From the NCBI RefSeq assembly GCF_009914755.1, contig NC_060931.1: a DNA stretch of 64,000 bases; one strand, given 5' to 3'. This DNA comes from the human T2T-CHM13v2.0 reference genome, Homo sapiens. The notes under the pieces are model-generated. The model was not told the DNA's origin, searched no databases, and was given only the letters and a program-made list of their open reading frames with translations. The first letter of the stretch is position 1, and every line of letters starts with the position of its first letter. The translations under genes were made by a program, and so were the position numbers. Of this stretch, positions 33,594 to 48,439 are shown one piece after another.

Positions 33594-35810
33594 ACAATGA
33601 GAACACATGGACACAGGAAGGGGAACATCACACACTGGGACCTGTTGTGGGGTGGGGGGAGGGGAGTGGGATAGCATTAGGAGATATATCTAATGCTAAA
33701 TGACAACTTAACGGGTGCAGCACACTAATATGGCACATATATATATGTGTAACAAACCTGCACGTTGTGCACATGTACCCTAAAACTTAAAGTATAATAA
33801 TAATAAAATTAAAAAAAATAAAAAGAACGGTATTTGCCTACTTTTACCGCACAGAAATAGAGCTCATAGAGGTGAAGCAGCTTTTTGCTTTTCTCATGGT
33901 ATCCATTTGGCAAGTGGCTTGGTGAAGAGTCAAACCCGGGTAGTCTGATATCAGGGCCTCTGCCACCTTTTGTTTAACAGAACAGTCATCTCTCAAATAA
34001 TGACAGTTTCACCGTTCCCTACTCTCACTTTTTTTTTTTTTTTTTTGGAATCTTAAAGAGGCTAAATGAAGGAGACTGTGGGCAATAAGGGATAAAGTAA
34101 AATTACTCCAAAGCATATTTGATAAAAGGCAGAAGGACTCGGCTTTTAAAGACAAAAAAGGACTGTTTTAAAAATTAGGAAAAAACTTTTTTAAAAAAAG
34201 GTAGGAAAAACCACAGCTTAAGTAAAAGAGACATAAAATCCATAACTTTGGTCAAGAAAGCATCTATCAGATCAGTCATGAAAATGGGCGAAGAAAAATC
34301 AATCACATTTTATTGATTTAAACAACAACAGAATTTGCACCACCGAACAGTCACATTTTGTATTTGTCAAGAAAACTCACTGAAGAAAATGAATTAGCTT
34401 CACAGAAATGAATTTGCCCTGAAAGAAACAAATCATATGATAACATCTATATTAATGGCATATAAAAAAGCAAAATGTCTGAAGGAAAAAACTTTTCCTG
34501 GGTAAAAGTGCTACTTAGAAAGGTTTTTTTTTTTTTTTTGGCTTCTTATTAATAAAGATTTTCAATTTATTTTAAGAAAATGTATATTTAGGGAAGCAGA
34601 GTTCTATTGATAAACTGTTTCTTTAAATGGCATATAAAGTATAAGACTTTATGACTAGACTTTCTGGCTAGCCTGATAATATTTTTTTCTATATTTATAC
34701 TGTCTAGATGTATATTTCTTTCTAGGAAAGAAATAAAAGTTTCTTGTGTAATATTGAAGCCTCAACACTCTATATGTCATCTTCAACTCTTAGGTCAAGG
34801 GCAACTTTCTCGAACAAACTCCCACCAGAGTCATCTCTCCTTTCTTTGGAACTCCTCTTCGGAACACATTTAAGGACTTCTATCCTGTATCACAAGCTTT
34901 TTAAAGATGTGGTCTTAGTGTCTTCTCTACTAAACCATTCGTTACTTGAGAGAACCATACCTCTTTTTAATTTACTATAAAAATAAAATGATTATTGCTA
35001 AATATTTGTTAAAAAGTGAAAACAAAACAGAAATGAATATCATATGCTGACATTCAAGGATGAAATGATTATTTTCTTTTTAGTCTTGAGTATTACATTA
35101 CTTGAACTTAGTTTACATTAGAGTTGCTAATTTATCTTGAACTCTTCTGTCCAAACAAAAAACATTTAGTATAATAGAAAATCCAAATTCAGATATTGTT
35201 CCAAATTATGCAAATTGATTTTCATTGTAACTCTGGGTCGATAGACCTATTTCTTCAAAGTCAGCAAAAATGCAACAGATTGCCAACAAATTCATGCATC
35301 CATTTATGTATTAGACAAGTTTTTAATGAGTGAATTTTGGCTCATTATTTATTTCCCCTCAAAAATCCCACAGAGTTACACTTAAACAGCTTTTGAAGGA
35401 AAGACTGGAGTATACATAATGAGTTGACCTAATAATTTAGAAATTATTTGGAAGTATGACTCAAATCATTTGTCATTTCAGATAAACCATTTCCCTTCTT
35501 TGCTTGGCATAAATGAAATTATTAGACATATAATAGCATAATATTTTCTATGTAAGGATATTGCAAAACTGAAAAAAAAAATCTAACCACACTCATGGCT
35601 TTGAGGAGAACCTGGATTCAGTTCTTAAAGAAGTCAAGTAATAGACATTATATGCAGTCTACATTAAGCCCAGTTCCATAGCTTAACAAGTCTCACTGAT
35701 AGCTTAGCACTAAAGATCAACTTAATTTTAAGTAACTGCTCCTTAAAGGAGCAGTCAGCATCATTTGTTACATTAAGCAAACCAAAGTGAGGAATGTTCC
35801 TGTAACTTAC

Positions 35811-35889
35811 CATATATTTGGATTTAATTGCAGTTGGTGGTAGGAGTCAAAGTCATCTCTCAGGATAATGCTGTCACTATGTATTTCAG
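35811..35889 (-). CDS. RELN: Reelin coding exon (exon 6, 79 nt): (A)[25 protein letters not shown](W)
   Basis: Minus strand reads ttttctttcag|CTGAAATACATAGT...CCAAATATATG|gtaagt. In frame. Confidence 0.97.
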
Positions 35890-36208
35890 CTGAAAGAAAA
35901 AGGAAGTATTTAGGAAAGAAATATACTACAACAGTACATTTAGCTAAACACAAGTGCCAACATGCTGTATTTATGAAGAATAATGTATCCTAAAACTAAA
36001 TTTTAAATGAGCAGTTGATTATATTTGCTTTGTCCCTCAAACTACTAAGGGACAAGGGTAAAAAGCTCTGCGGTTTAAACACCTAGAAGTTGGGAAAACC
36101 AAAGACCCCAAAAGGAAATCTATGAAGCTATCACTAGGCAGGCAAGGCAGGAAGGCCAAAATCAGCACCAACCTACAAGGAGAGGCTATTCGGGACTTGT
36201 CTTCCTTC

Positions 36209-36884
36209 AGTATGTCTTGGCTGTGTCCCTACCCAAATTCCATCTTGAATTGTAGTTCCCATAATCCCCATATATCGTGGAAGGGACGGTGGGAGGTAAT
36301 TGAATCATGGGGGCAAGTTACTCTCATGCTGTTCTCATGACAGTGAGTTCTCATGAGATTTGATGGGTTTTTTTTTATTTTTTGAGACAGAGTCTCGCTC
36401 TGTTGCCCATGCTGCAGTGCAGCGGCATGATCTCGGCTCACTGCAACCTTAGTCTCCTGGGTTCAAGCAATTCTCCTCTTTCAGCCTCCTGAGTAGCTGG
36501 AATTACAGGTGCCTACTACCATGACTGGTTAATTTTTATATTTTTAGTAGACGGGGTTCCGCCATGTTGGCCAGGCTGGTCTTGAACTCCTGACCTCAGG
36601 TGATCCACCTGCCTCGATCTCCCAAAGTGCTGGGGTTACAGGCGTGAGCCACCGTGCCCAGCTGAGATTTGATGGTTTTATAAGGGGCATTTCCCTCTTT
36701 TGCTCGGCACTTCTTGCTGCCACCATGTGAAGAAGGACGTGTTTGCTTCCCCTTCTGCCACAATTGTAAGTTTCCTAAGGCCTTCCCAGCTATGCTGAAT
36801 TGTGGGTCAATTAAACCTCTTTCTTTTATAAATAACCCAGTCTTGGGTATGTCTTTATTAGCAGCATGAGAATGAACTAATATA
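36209..36884 (+). mobile_element. THE1-type (ERVL-MaLR, THE1C/D-like) solo LTR interrupted by an Alu
   Basis: ttggctgtgtccctacccaaattccatcttgaattgtagttcccataatcccc...caattaaacctctttc...agcagcatgagaatgaactaata. Confidence 0.88.
36368..36662 (-). mobile_element. AluSx/Sq-like SINE inside the THE1 LTR
   Basis: Dimeric Alu (cctgacctcaggtgatccacctgcc). TSD tgagatttgatgg at 36354 and 36663. Confidence 0.93.
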
Positions 36885-38459
36885 TCCATATTTCAACATA
36901 TACTCATCCATGGCTTCCAAGAGACTGCCCAGACAGCGTCAATGTCTAATTCACTTTAAAGCATGGAATTGGATAGAACATTCTGGCTATTTATTCTCAG
37001 CTAAAATTGCTGTAATCTACTAACCCATTTTTTCTTCTCTTTCCCACTATCCTTCTTGCCCTGGCTTGCTTTCTCTCCTTCCCTATATTCACTCATCTTT
37101 TACTGAATGTTTTTAAATTTGTGAACTTTTTTTCTCTTTCAGAACTGCATAAGAGAATTTATCTATATAAGTAAAATTCCTAAATAAAATCAATTTAGAA
37201 GTCAGGAGGAATGCCAGGGAGCCATACATGGTTTTAAATATATTATCACTACACATTTGAGGTATATTGAATACCTATTTTTAAGTTCTAGAAGAACTTT
37301 GGGCATGTCAAGTGCAATATTTTCACCAACTGTAGAGTTCATATTTCCGCTGAATAGATGATGAATAAGTAAACTCACTTTCATGGCTGGCTACGGTGTA
37401 AGTGTGCTTATTTTAAAGGTTGTGTGAGAAATGATAATTATTTCTATTCATGTTGTAAAAATTAATTTAGTACTTTAACAATGCTCTCATCTGATTCATG
37501 GTTTGCTTAGGAAGTTTGTTCCAGCTACTCTAACTTCTTTGGGTCTTGACAATTTTGTTTGAACTAGCTAACAGACTGTCTTTTGGAAAAATTAAAATAA
37601 TATCTGATTAACAAAAAACTCTCATAACTTTTTCTTTTAAAGGTGATATTTTTATGTTTTTTAGGCTCACTCAAATATAATTCTCTGAAATCACTGGGTA
37701 ATTAAAATTACTTCCCAATATCAGGAAGCATAATTTCACATTCTCTTTGGTGACATCCCCAGCCATGGCAGTCCTTGCCTCCTTTATACCAGGTAGGCCA
37801 GCAGGCAAGCACATAATGAAGTCATGGAAACCAGTGAATCAGCATGTACTGAGAGGACTGGATGCTCAGACGCGAAGCCTCAGGCATGAGAACAGGGAGA
37901 ATATGGATATACACTGGAGAGAACGCTGTGATGTATTCTGTGCATGGGAGTGATTTAATGATTCCTCTGAGCGATGAGATGCAGTGCCTCAGATGCCTAC
38001 AGGGTACAGCTCTCTCAGATGCCCAATCTGGCCGAGACTCGGCTGGGCCACTGCGGGTCACCAGCCTGTCTTGGCTGCCAGAAGGCATGCTTCTAAGCGC
38101 TTGCATTTGTCTGCCAAATAAGAGGAGCCCCAAGCTGTAGCATTACATAAAAGTAGAGCTTCTCAAGGCAGATTTTCCAAAGAGGAAAAATAAATTAATT
38201 GGGTTTATAGGTTGAAAGGAAAAGCCCAAGAGACAAATAACTGACCTATCTAGAAAGTCCCATAGTGAAAGACATTTGAAAAGGCTGCAACCAGCTAGGA
38301 TGATTTCTTTTCATTCTTATTAAATACTATAGTGTAGGAAATTGCTTTTAAAATAAGTCTTCACTGACACAAATGAGAAAATTAATGCTTAAAGATCACT
38401 TGTTTTCTAGAGACTTTTTTATTTACAAAGGCAATGGGTAAGCCTCATTGGATACCTGT

Positions 38460-38710
38460 TTGTGTATTGATTTACTTCCAAACACCACTATATTATTTAC
38501 CATACACTTTATGAAAACAAAATCATTTATTCCTTATACCAACCCTATGAGATAGATACTATTATTAATTCTACTTTGCAGATGAGAAAACTGAGGCACA
38601 GAGAGGTTAAGTAACTTGCTCAATATTGTGTGGCTAGCAAGTGGTAAAAGTGAGATAAACCCAGGCAGTTTCCCAGAATCTGTGATCCTAACCACTATAC
38701 ACCCTGCCTC
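38460..38710 (-). mobile_element. MIR SINE
   Basis: cagatgagaaaactgaggcacagagaggttaagtaacttgc. Confidence 0.88.
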
Positions 38711-38801
38711 AAGAACTGTGGGCCACTAAGAGCATGACATTATGAAAAATCCATGGTGCCATTTTAAGAAGCAGGTATTTATTTAAACAGTCTCATTTCA
38801 A

Positions 38802-39098
38802 TTTTTTTTTAAAGAAACAGGATCTTGCTCTGCTGCCCAGGTTGGAGGACAGTGTCACAATCATAGCTTGCTGCAGCCTTGAAATCCTGGTTTAAATGAT
38901 CCTCCCATCTCAGCCCCCAAAGTAACTAGGACTCCAGGTGCACACCACCACACTGACTAATTTTTAACATTTTTTTTTGGTAGAGATGGGGGTCTTGCTC
39001 TGCTGCCCAGGCTGGTCTTAAACGCCTGGTCTCAAGTGATCTTCCCACCTCAGCCTCCTAAACTGTTGGGGTTACAGGCATGAGCCACCATGCCCAGC
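38802..39098 (-). mobile_element. AluJ-type SINE
   Basis: Diverged dimeric Alu (aatcatagcttgctgcagcc, ctcaagtgatcttcccacctcagcc). Flanks ttcaattttt on both sides. Confidence 0.9.
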
Positions 39099-39566
39099 TT
39101 CAGTTCAATTTTTAAAGAAATGACAAAATAATTTCTTTTTCTTAACAATTCAGTACTAATTTGAGCATAAATCCCAAATCTTAAATGACTTCAGTTCTTC
39201 CACATTCATGGCTTCTTGCCCACTAGCTCCATGCTCTAATATTTATGATGGGCATCTAGTATTATGAGGGACTCTGGGGAAAATTAAGCATTAGAATGCA
39301 AAAGCTTACACTCAATAGGATCTCAGGGCTGAGGGTACTAACAGGTGTGAAAGTTCCTGCATGAGCCCCCCGCTGGGCAGCATGAATGTTTCCTCAAGGA
39401 GGTTCTGTGTTCAAGTATAATCCGTACCCAAGTCCAATTTCAGTGACTGATCAATGATCAGAGAGGACAGCTTCCTTGCCTCTATAACATCTGCTCGTAT
39501 AGCCAGAAAAGCCAAACAAGTAGATCAAGTACTAAAGTTAATGACATCAGAGTCTTAAACACTTAC

Positions 39567-39599
39567 CTAGATGTGGGTGCACAGTGACATCTGTTGGAG
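39567..39599 (-). CDS. RELN: Reelin coding exon (exon 5, 33 nt): (A)PTDVTVHPHL
   Basis: Minus strand reads cttgattcag|CTCCAACAGATGTCACTGTGCACCCACATCTAG|gtaagt with an upstream polypyrimidine tract. Phase 1/1, in frame with both neighbours. Confidence 0.96.
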   Translation of the reverse strand, partial: LQQMSLCTHI

Positions 39600-39734
39600 C
39601 TGAATCAAGAGAGGAAAGAAGAAAGACAACTGATCAGGAATGAAAGCAAAATCCAGTAATAAAGAGTCACAACACAGTTATAAAACTTAAGTCACATTAA
39701 GCAAATCAAATGGCTACAGACTTTTTAGTCTTTT

Positions 39735-40755
39735 TAGGAGTTTCTGGAACCCTTGAAAAAATAGAAGACAATAAATTTAATGATCTTGTATTTTGTGCCA
39801 ACACTTATTGGTTAAATCAGAGAAGAGTTTTGCAAAGATTCACTGAATTGTTAGCTCTAATTAAAGATTTTCTTGAAACAAAAGGAATACTTGCCAATTA
39901 TCCAATAATGAATAACAAAAACCTGGCACAATGATATACATTCTCTCACCAGTATCACAGTGCATATGAACAAGCCAAATCTGAAGCTTCAAGGAAAACA
40001 AGGGTTTATTTGCAAACTAGCTGGAAAAGTAGGAAAATTTATGTTGAAATTGAAACTTTGAAAATACAAATTAATAATGGTTTTACACATGAATTTCCTA
40101 ACGTGAATTGTGTCTCCAGAAGATTTTAACTGTAATTTCCAGTATCTTCTAAATTGTCTGCAAAAACCTACAAGAAAAATTTGAAGAATGTCTTGATGTT
40201 AATTATTTTAGACTTGCTTTTCAATGTATGCAATATTTCTGTGAATTCCATGTTAATAATACTATGCTGACACAAGAATAATACTTGGACATAGTTTTGA
40301 AACTGATATGTTTTTGCATTAAAGGTAAATCAGCTCTTCTAATAAAAATGAAAACATTTTGTCAAGGTGGATCTGGACATTAAAGGAAAATGATTTTTGA
40401 TACTCAATTCAGTTACTGGAAGATCTTTAAGCAGGTAAGAAACACTGGGTATGTGGATCTACATTTCAATTGTCAATTTTATGAACTCTTAATACAGGCC
40501 AAATATTTCTTAAGATGTGCTATAAGTGTAAAGTACATACTAGATTTTGGAGATTTAGTACACAAAATGTAAAATATCTCATTAATAGTTTTAAATTGAC
40601 CACATTATATCCAAATGTTTAATATTTTACATATTCTGTGTTAATAAAATACACTATTAAATTAATTTCATCTATTTCTTTCCATTTTATAGATGTGACT
40701 ACTAGAATATTTAAAATTGCACACGGGGCTTACATTATACTTCTATTAGTGCTGA
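39735..40755 (+). mobile_element. hAT-Charlie (Charlie5-like) DNA transposon fossil with a transposase remnant and one terminus
   Basis: Peptides DLVFCANTYWLNQRRVLQRFTELLALIKDFLETK and HMNKPNLKLQGKQGFICKLAGKVGKFMLKLKL resemble Charlie/GTF2IRD2-type transposase blocks. 40505-40755 is the reverse complement of MER33-like sequence. Confidence 0.78.
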
Positions 40756-40875
40756 ACTACAGCTAGGAGGGACATTTGTACTGTATATCAATTAGGAAAT
40801 CGTTATCAAGCAGGAGGTGGTGGAGTTACAAAAGGAAGACCGAGTCACTCAGAGAGAATGTAAGGTATAAAGTGA

Positions 40876-41180
40876 GGCTGAGAGAAGTAGCTCATGCCTG
40901 TAATCCCAGCACTTTGGGAGACTGAGGCAAGAGGATTACTTGAGGCCAAGAGTTTGAGACCAGCCTGAGCAATATAGTAGGAGACCTCGTCTCTAAAAAA
41001 AACATTAAAAATTAGCTGGGCATGGTGGTGCACGCCTGTAGTCCTAGCTACTCAGGAGGCTGAGGCAGGAGGATCACCTGAGGCCAGGAGTTTGAGGATG
41101 CAGTGAGCTAGAAATGCAACATCACACTCCAGCCTGAGCAAGAGAGTCAGACCCTGTCTCTAAATAAATAATAAAAAGAA
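40876..41180 (+). mobile_element. AluJ-type SINE
   Basis: Dimeric Alu with ggattacttgaggccaagagtttgag and ggagtttgaggatgcagtgagct. Confidence 0.9.
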
Positions 41181-41558
41181 AGAAGTGAAATGCACAGTCA
41201 AATATATATTTAACGGACAGGTGGAAGAAGACAAGCTAGCAAAGGTGACTGAGTTAAAGTGCATTCCATTAAGGAAATAAGAAAAAGAGTTTTAAGAGCT
41301 AAGAGAGTTGAAGGAGAGGCCAAAATAATCCTAATAAAGCTGATATCTACGAAGAACATCCTGCTATTAAGGCACTGTGCTAAGGAGTGTCTATAGATGA
41401 ACTCAGGGATTTTGGCCTCAGAGTCTAGACTCAACAGCTGTGCAGACTGCTCTTTCAAGAAGGTTAGCTGCAAAGGTGAGAAATGAGATCTTATATGGAG
41501 ATGAGGACCGAAGGGATTTTTTTGTTGTTTGTTTTGTTTCTTAAGATATTATGATAGT

Positions 41559-42220
<662 letters not shown>

Positions 42221-42639
42221 AAGATATCATGATAGTTTACCATGCCTAACGTTAGCTATATTGCAAAAGGGATTCTCTGTATTCATGTTATAAAGTGTTA
42301 AAAAGAAAAGAAAAAGCCTGTCTACACAGTATGGAACTTTTCAAATTATTTCACAGGTTGTGAAATAAACTGGTTAAATTAAATGTAGGAAAAGTTATGA
42401 CAATTATTAATTAGAAATATTTACTATGCAATACAATAATTAGATATGTATAACAAAATATCTGCAGAAATATTGTTGCCTACTTTACATTAAATGACTT
42501 TGGTGACTAAGGCCTCAACTCAATAAAGGGAATGAGTTATAAAATGCCTTACTTTAAATTGTTTATTGAAATGGACATCTACCTTTGCTAAATTATCTGG
42601 ACACATGGAAGCTTTCACTGAAACATCTACATCACAATC

Positions 42640-42765
42640 AGCAGGAGAGGGCCATTTTAGAAAGACCCACTGAGTCAGAATCTCTGAGGGTGGAGGCCCG
42701 GAAGTTGTATTTTTTAAAACCTCCTTGACCGATTCTGATAGAAAGCCAGATTTAAAATTCACTGG
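42640..42765. mobile_element. MER5-like hAT DNA transposon fragment
   Basis: agacccactgagtcagaatctctgagggtggaggcccggaagttgtatttttt...gattctgat...cactg. Confidence 0.75.
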
Positions 42766-45700
42766 TTTAAACTACACAATCCACTGCTTATTTTTATAGC
42801 ATGCTGAACTGTTCTCTGTGTTAAGTACTCATCTTTGCTCTGAAGAAGAAATAGGCTCCTCAAAAGCAGAAAATATGTCCACCCAAGACATAAGCCAAAG
42901 CTGGTAATAGTGTCTCAATAAATAATAAATTGATTTGAAAGCTACTCCTTAGTTGTAATATATTTTATGATATTTCAGAAAATAATTGAAGATCCAAACC
43001 TTTAAAAAATGCCAGAATAGACACAAAACATTGTCCAAAAGTCCTTTATTATAAGTGGTCTGGGGAGCTTCAACACCAAGTCAGTATTTACCTGGATTTA
43101 ATTTAACTCAACAAATTTACATCGTATTTTAAATCACTAGTTAGGAAGGTTTGTTTTAATATATTTTAACAAAAATGTCCACTATCTGAGATAACTAAAC
43201 ATTATTTCCTCAAAAGAGAAACATTTAGTATGCAAAACTTAATGCAAGGAAAAGTACAAATTTTCCTGAAAAAGATTCACGCATATGTGGCATAAAAATG
43301 GGCCAAAGCCTAGTAAAGTACTGGGCCTAGAAGCTTATTTTAATCATTTCTCAATAAATGACCATATCAATCTAGTTTTATGTAGTCTAAACAAATTTTC
43401 TAAGCCCGTAGGAAGTTCATCATCTTTTCCACATTTACTGAGGTAAATGCACCACGGAAAAATTAAAGTAGCCTGAGGAAGAATGATATAGTTCAACATT
43501 ATTTAGTATACTCCCATTTGGATACTACCTGCCTTGCCTCATACTAGTGACTATGAGTGAATTATTAAGTTCTTATATTATATGAACTTGGTATAAAGGC
43601 CTTTACTCTTTCCTTTATTAAATGTAAAATGCATGCTTGCTAGACTGGTCCTCATTTGTCAACTGTCCAAGTGCTTACCCAATGACATATCTCCAAGTCT
43701 ACCTTTCCTGTTCCTCTGCCATTGAACTAGCTCTAGATTGAATCATTGAATTTTTCTAGATTGCTCGTATGTTTTTATCTCAACATTTTATTGGTCTGTT
43801 ACTGATTTTCTGTCTCTCCCAGGATCCTAGAATGCCCCACCCCACCTTGCATCTTGCCCAGTTTCTCAACTCTTTTGAATTTAAAATTGCACGATTAAAA
43901 CCTAGCAACGACATAAAATTGTCAAATGGCTTAAACTAGGGAGTTTTGGTTTCTGAGAATGAGAAAAAACAGAAATGTTCTTAAAGAAGTGGGTTTTGGT
44001 TTTGGAGAAAGAATGGGATGGAATACACCTTTAACAGAAGTGTAAAAAGATATCGTAGTTTCTTCCAGGTATTTCTGTGGTAGTGATAAGAAGATCAGGT
44101 CAGATGACCAAAGGTGTGCACAGAGGGAGATGCACTAGGGATGGGAACCCTGCTACTTGTCAGAGGATACTGAATTGAAGAGAGAGGAAGATAGGCTGGA
44201 GTTGTTCTGTACCCAGAGAGATCACTGTGGGGAACCTTCATAATATGGTCCTAATTTAGTTTCATTGGTGAGACCCATGAAACTGTACATAGAGGCTGGA
44301 AGTAACTTATGGAAAGATAAATGATTTAATAAGGAATCAAGTGTTTGTATAAATCAAACTGAATTTCTACATTTTTTCAGAAGTGAATATTTTTTCTGTA
44401 AGGTAGGATGTTCAACTAGGAATGAATGTTCGGATAGGATGAATCTAGGAATATCCAATTCTGTTAAGAGTTCCCTGTTAGAAAGTGCATGTGAATGTAT
44501 TTGTGTTTCGATGAACTTTAAATCTCATTCAGAATAACCATACATCTCTGTAATCTTTATCCAGAAATAATGCCATTGAAATTCACAAACATTACAGAAA
44601 CTATATCCTTTGTAAAGCTTGATCAAGTTCAAGTAACTGGACTGAATTGGAAATTGACCTTAGGTATATCATGGTAACTTAAAGAGTATGCCAAATGTCC
44701 TCAGACTGAATTAACTTAATTAAGACCACAGATAAAATATAAAATGTTACACAGGTAAGTTAAAATAAAGGTTCTACTTTGCCTAAAAAACAAGTAAAAG
44801 CAAGCCAACAGAATGGAGGAATTAAGGTAGAATCTCTCTAAAATCACCAGGGTTTTTAAAAGCTTTTTTCCAGCTAGGCATTCAGAATGAAAGCCTAGCC
44901 TACTTTGACTTGTTTTTAGTTGAAAAAGCCAAATTTCTTTAAAACTATCAATACAAATTGGTAGCAATTTTTACTAGGAAAGTATTGATAAATGAGAATC
45001 TACTTAATTTCATAAGTCAAATCCCTCTTGAGAGCAGAGCAGTTAAATGAGAAAAAAATGAAATTTTAAAGTTTTCAGCATAATATAATCTTTTCATACT
45101 AGATAAGTAAATAAATGTTATGAGTGTCAAAACCACTCATAAATGTGTACTTATGATTTCTTTTCCAGATTCTTTTTCATGTTTGTGATAGTGCCACTTA
45201 AAAGTTATTTGTCCTCCAAATTCTCTCTCCAGTGGGGCCTATCCAGATGATGTTTTGGCAAAATACAAAGATTTAGATCAGCAATGAAATGCTTCAGCAA
45301 CATTCTAAGTCTTTCCTTAGCCGGGCATTTTCCTAGATGCTTGAGTATTATTAAGTGACCTGAAGATTACATATGTATTTTACTAAGATTTCACAGACTA
45401 CGCAAAGAGGACAGAAATAGATTTCTAAAATTAATAAGCTTAAACATGTTAAGAATAAAAGTAAACAATCACTGTTTTTAGAAGGTACTTTAAAGTTTGA
45501 AAAAAATAGATTGCTTATAGAACTTCTTTTTTAAAAAATTCAACTGTACTATTCTTGAAATGATTTACTAATCACCATAAGCTAGCAAAAGAAAGAGACT
45601 GGAACTGCCTTGAATGAACACAAGATCTCTGTACTAATGCAGATTTGATAAAGATAATTATTCAAAAAATAGTGAGGGTGAATGATTACGTGGAACAGTC

Positions 45701-46383
45701 ATGAAAAGACCCAGTTCATAAGATAAGCAATTCATATCACAAGGCTTGATTGAGCCTAACACGAAAGCAAGTAAATTCAGTATCAAAAGTTTCAAAGGAA
45801 TAACATGCTTCTTGGTCTCTTTAAACAAGGTTATTATTTATTTGCTTAAAATGAAAGCAGAAAAAGTGCATACTGATGCTTTTTTGAATAAATGATGGAA
45901 AGCTCTTAGCTCGTATATGTTAACATGTCTCTGTGTTGGTGATAGTTCTAGTCAGAAGAGTTGCAGCTTTTTTCCCAAGAAATATCTTTGGGAAAGGTGA
46001 AAAATTATTTTTAAAAAGTCACTATTTTCACTCAGTGTGAATTAATATGGCCTTCATCGCGGTATGAGAAGAACCACTTTTTACTCACTTTTTAAACTTT
46101 AAAGTGCAACTAATGTATTGCTTGTCATTAGACAGACTTACTTTGTGAACATTACCTTTAATTTACTAAATATACTTTTGTCTCCAAAATTACCTCCAAT
46201 TATTTACAGCATCTCACAGATTATAATGAGTGGTTTATCCTTACGACAGTTTCTCTTGCATTAGCACCAGCTGAGCTTTGCAGGCAGAAATGAAAGTTAG
46301 AACATTTCTGCAAACTAAAATAGGCAGCAAATATCTCCACATTAGCTTCTGTGACTACATTCGGTCATTGGTGCTCACAGTCA

Positions 46384-46386
<3 letters not shown>

Positions 46387-46418
<32 letters not shown>
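46387..46418. repeat. Perfect poly(T)32 with no attached SINE body
   Basis: 32 consecutive T. Confidence 0.95.
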
Positions 46419-46421
<3 letters not shown>

Positions 46422-47839
46422 TCTTAGCATTTCTTTATTTGAATTACTGCATTCAATTAATATTCACTGAATGCCTGTCATACACGAATGCTTTTCTTAA
46501 TAACATTTTAATAGGTTAAACTATTGGGCCTTTCAAAATAAATATTATAAACATGGATCCTTAGATAGTATCTCAATATTAAATTGAAGCCTAAATTCCT
46601 CCCATCATCAATTCAGTTTGTCCAGGAGACAAATCACATGCTAAAAGTTAAAAAAAAAAGCTTCATTTCTTAAAAAGCATTTCTGTGCATATGCTCTTTC
46701 AAAAGTTGAGCCTGCCAGAATCTCATAGATCACAGCAGCCTGAAGTAGGCATATTAGAAAGAATGAGGTCGTGTTTAATTCCCCCAAAGGTTATTTTCTT
46801 GACATATGTGTTTTTTTCTTTCAACTGACTTATTTTGGATGGAAATTTTAAAGTAATCATCTGACTCCAAAATATAGCAGCACTAATACACTTCAGCCAA
46901 CTTGTTGAACAAATTACTCAGTGCAAAGAATGGAGACTTAAATATGTGGAGCAGAAAAAGGAAAAGATGCCTGAAAATGAATTCAGGAGGTGGTAAATGA
47001 GCTTTGAGCTAATATTATTGATTACTTAAAAAAAAAAGCCTTTGAGTCAGACAAGAATTATATGTAGGTGGCAAGCAATTCTTACAAATACAGGTATTAT
47101 GTTACAGGGACTATATCTCCTGAATCATTTTGGAATTCAAAGGCCCTAGGTAGTTTTGCCTCAGGTATCTCTTCACCTAATTTGAAATTCAAATGTATTA
47201 AACTTCCAAAGCTAAATATGACAAATTAGACATGGGCTCTGAAGTTAGCATTTAATGAGCTATGAACCTAGACTTTCATCTCCCCAGGAATAATTTATTA
47301 CTTTTTGTATTTTATTGCAATAAAGCACCATTTGACCTTCAAGTATGATAATTAAGCTTCCAAAAATGTTATAAATTTAGAGTGAAAACAGTTCTCCCTG
47401 TGTTCAAGAACATACTTATGCTCAGTATAAAAGATTTCTTAATATTTAAAGACAGCTAAATTATACACAGAACCAGCAATATTAGGAATTATTTTTCTCT
47501 TCCCTCTCTGATTTTCCACCTCAACTTGATTTATGTCTCAAAACAATTTATCATCTTTCATATTCTAATATAAACGAAATAGGAACAAAATGAAAATATA
47601 TCTTTATAACCTGCAACTAGGAGATAGAGAACTCTTTCAGATAAGATTTATTCCAATAGGAGCTATAAATAATGGGGCCTCAAACATTAAAAATTATGGC
47701 TCATTGTCTTACCATGCTCATGTCACCATCTTTTCTGGGGAGATATCCACACATTTTTCAAAAATTTGCTTACAATATAAATACAAGTTTTAAGTGAAAA
47801 ATCAGAATGCAAAACAATATCATTTGAATTGTTGGTACA

Positions 47840-48164
<325 letters not shown>

Positions 48165-48439
48165 TAAAAAATTGTTACTGTGTAGCAACTTTTAAAAATC
48201 CTAGACCTTTGAGAACTTGAAGAGATGAAGTTCATAGATGGAGCAGATGTGAGAAATTGCAGGTATAAATTGACCCAAAACCTGAGAACATATGGCTTTT
48301 AAGTAACATTTAGAGGTTGGAAGGAAAATCACTAGGCTCAAAAGAGGAAGAAGGAAGAGGAAGAAGTGGAGGAGAAGGAAGAAACCTTGTTGCTAACATC
48401 AACAGAAATTGCTAGAGATTTTCCAATGTCTATTCTTCT

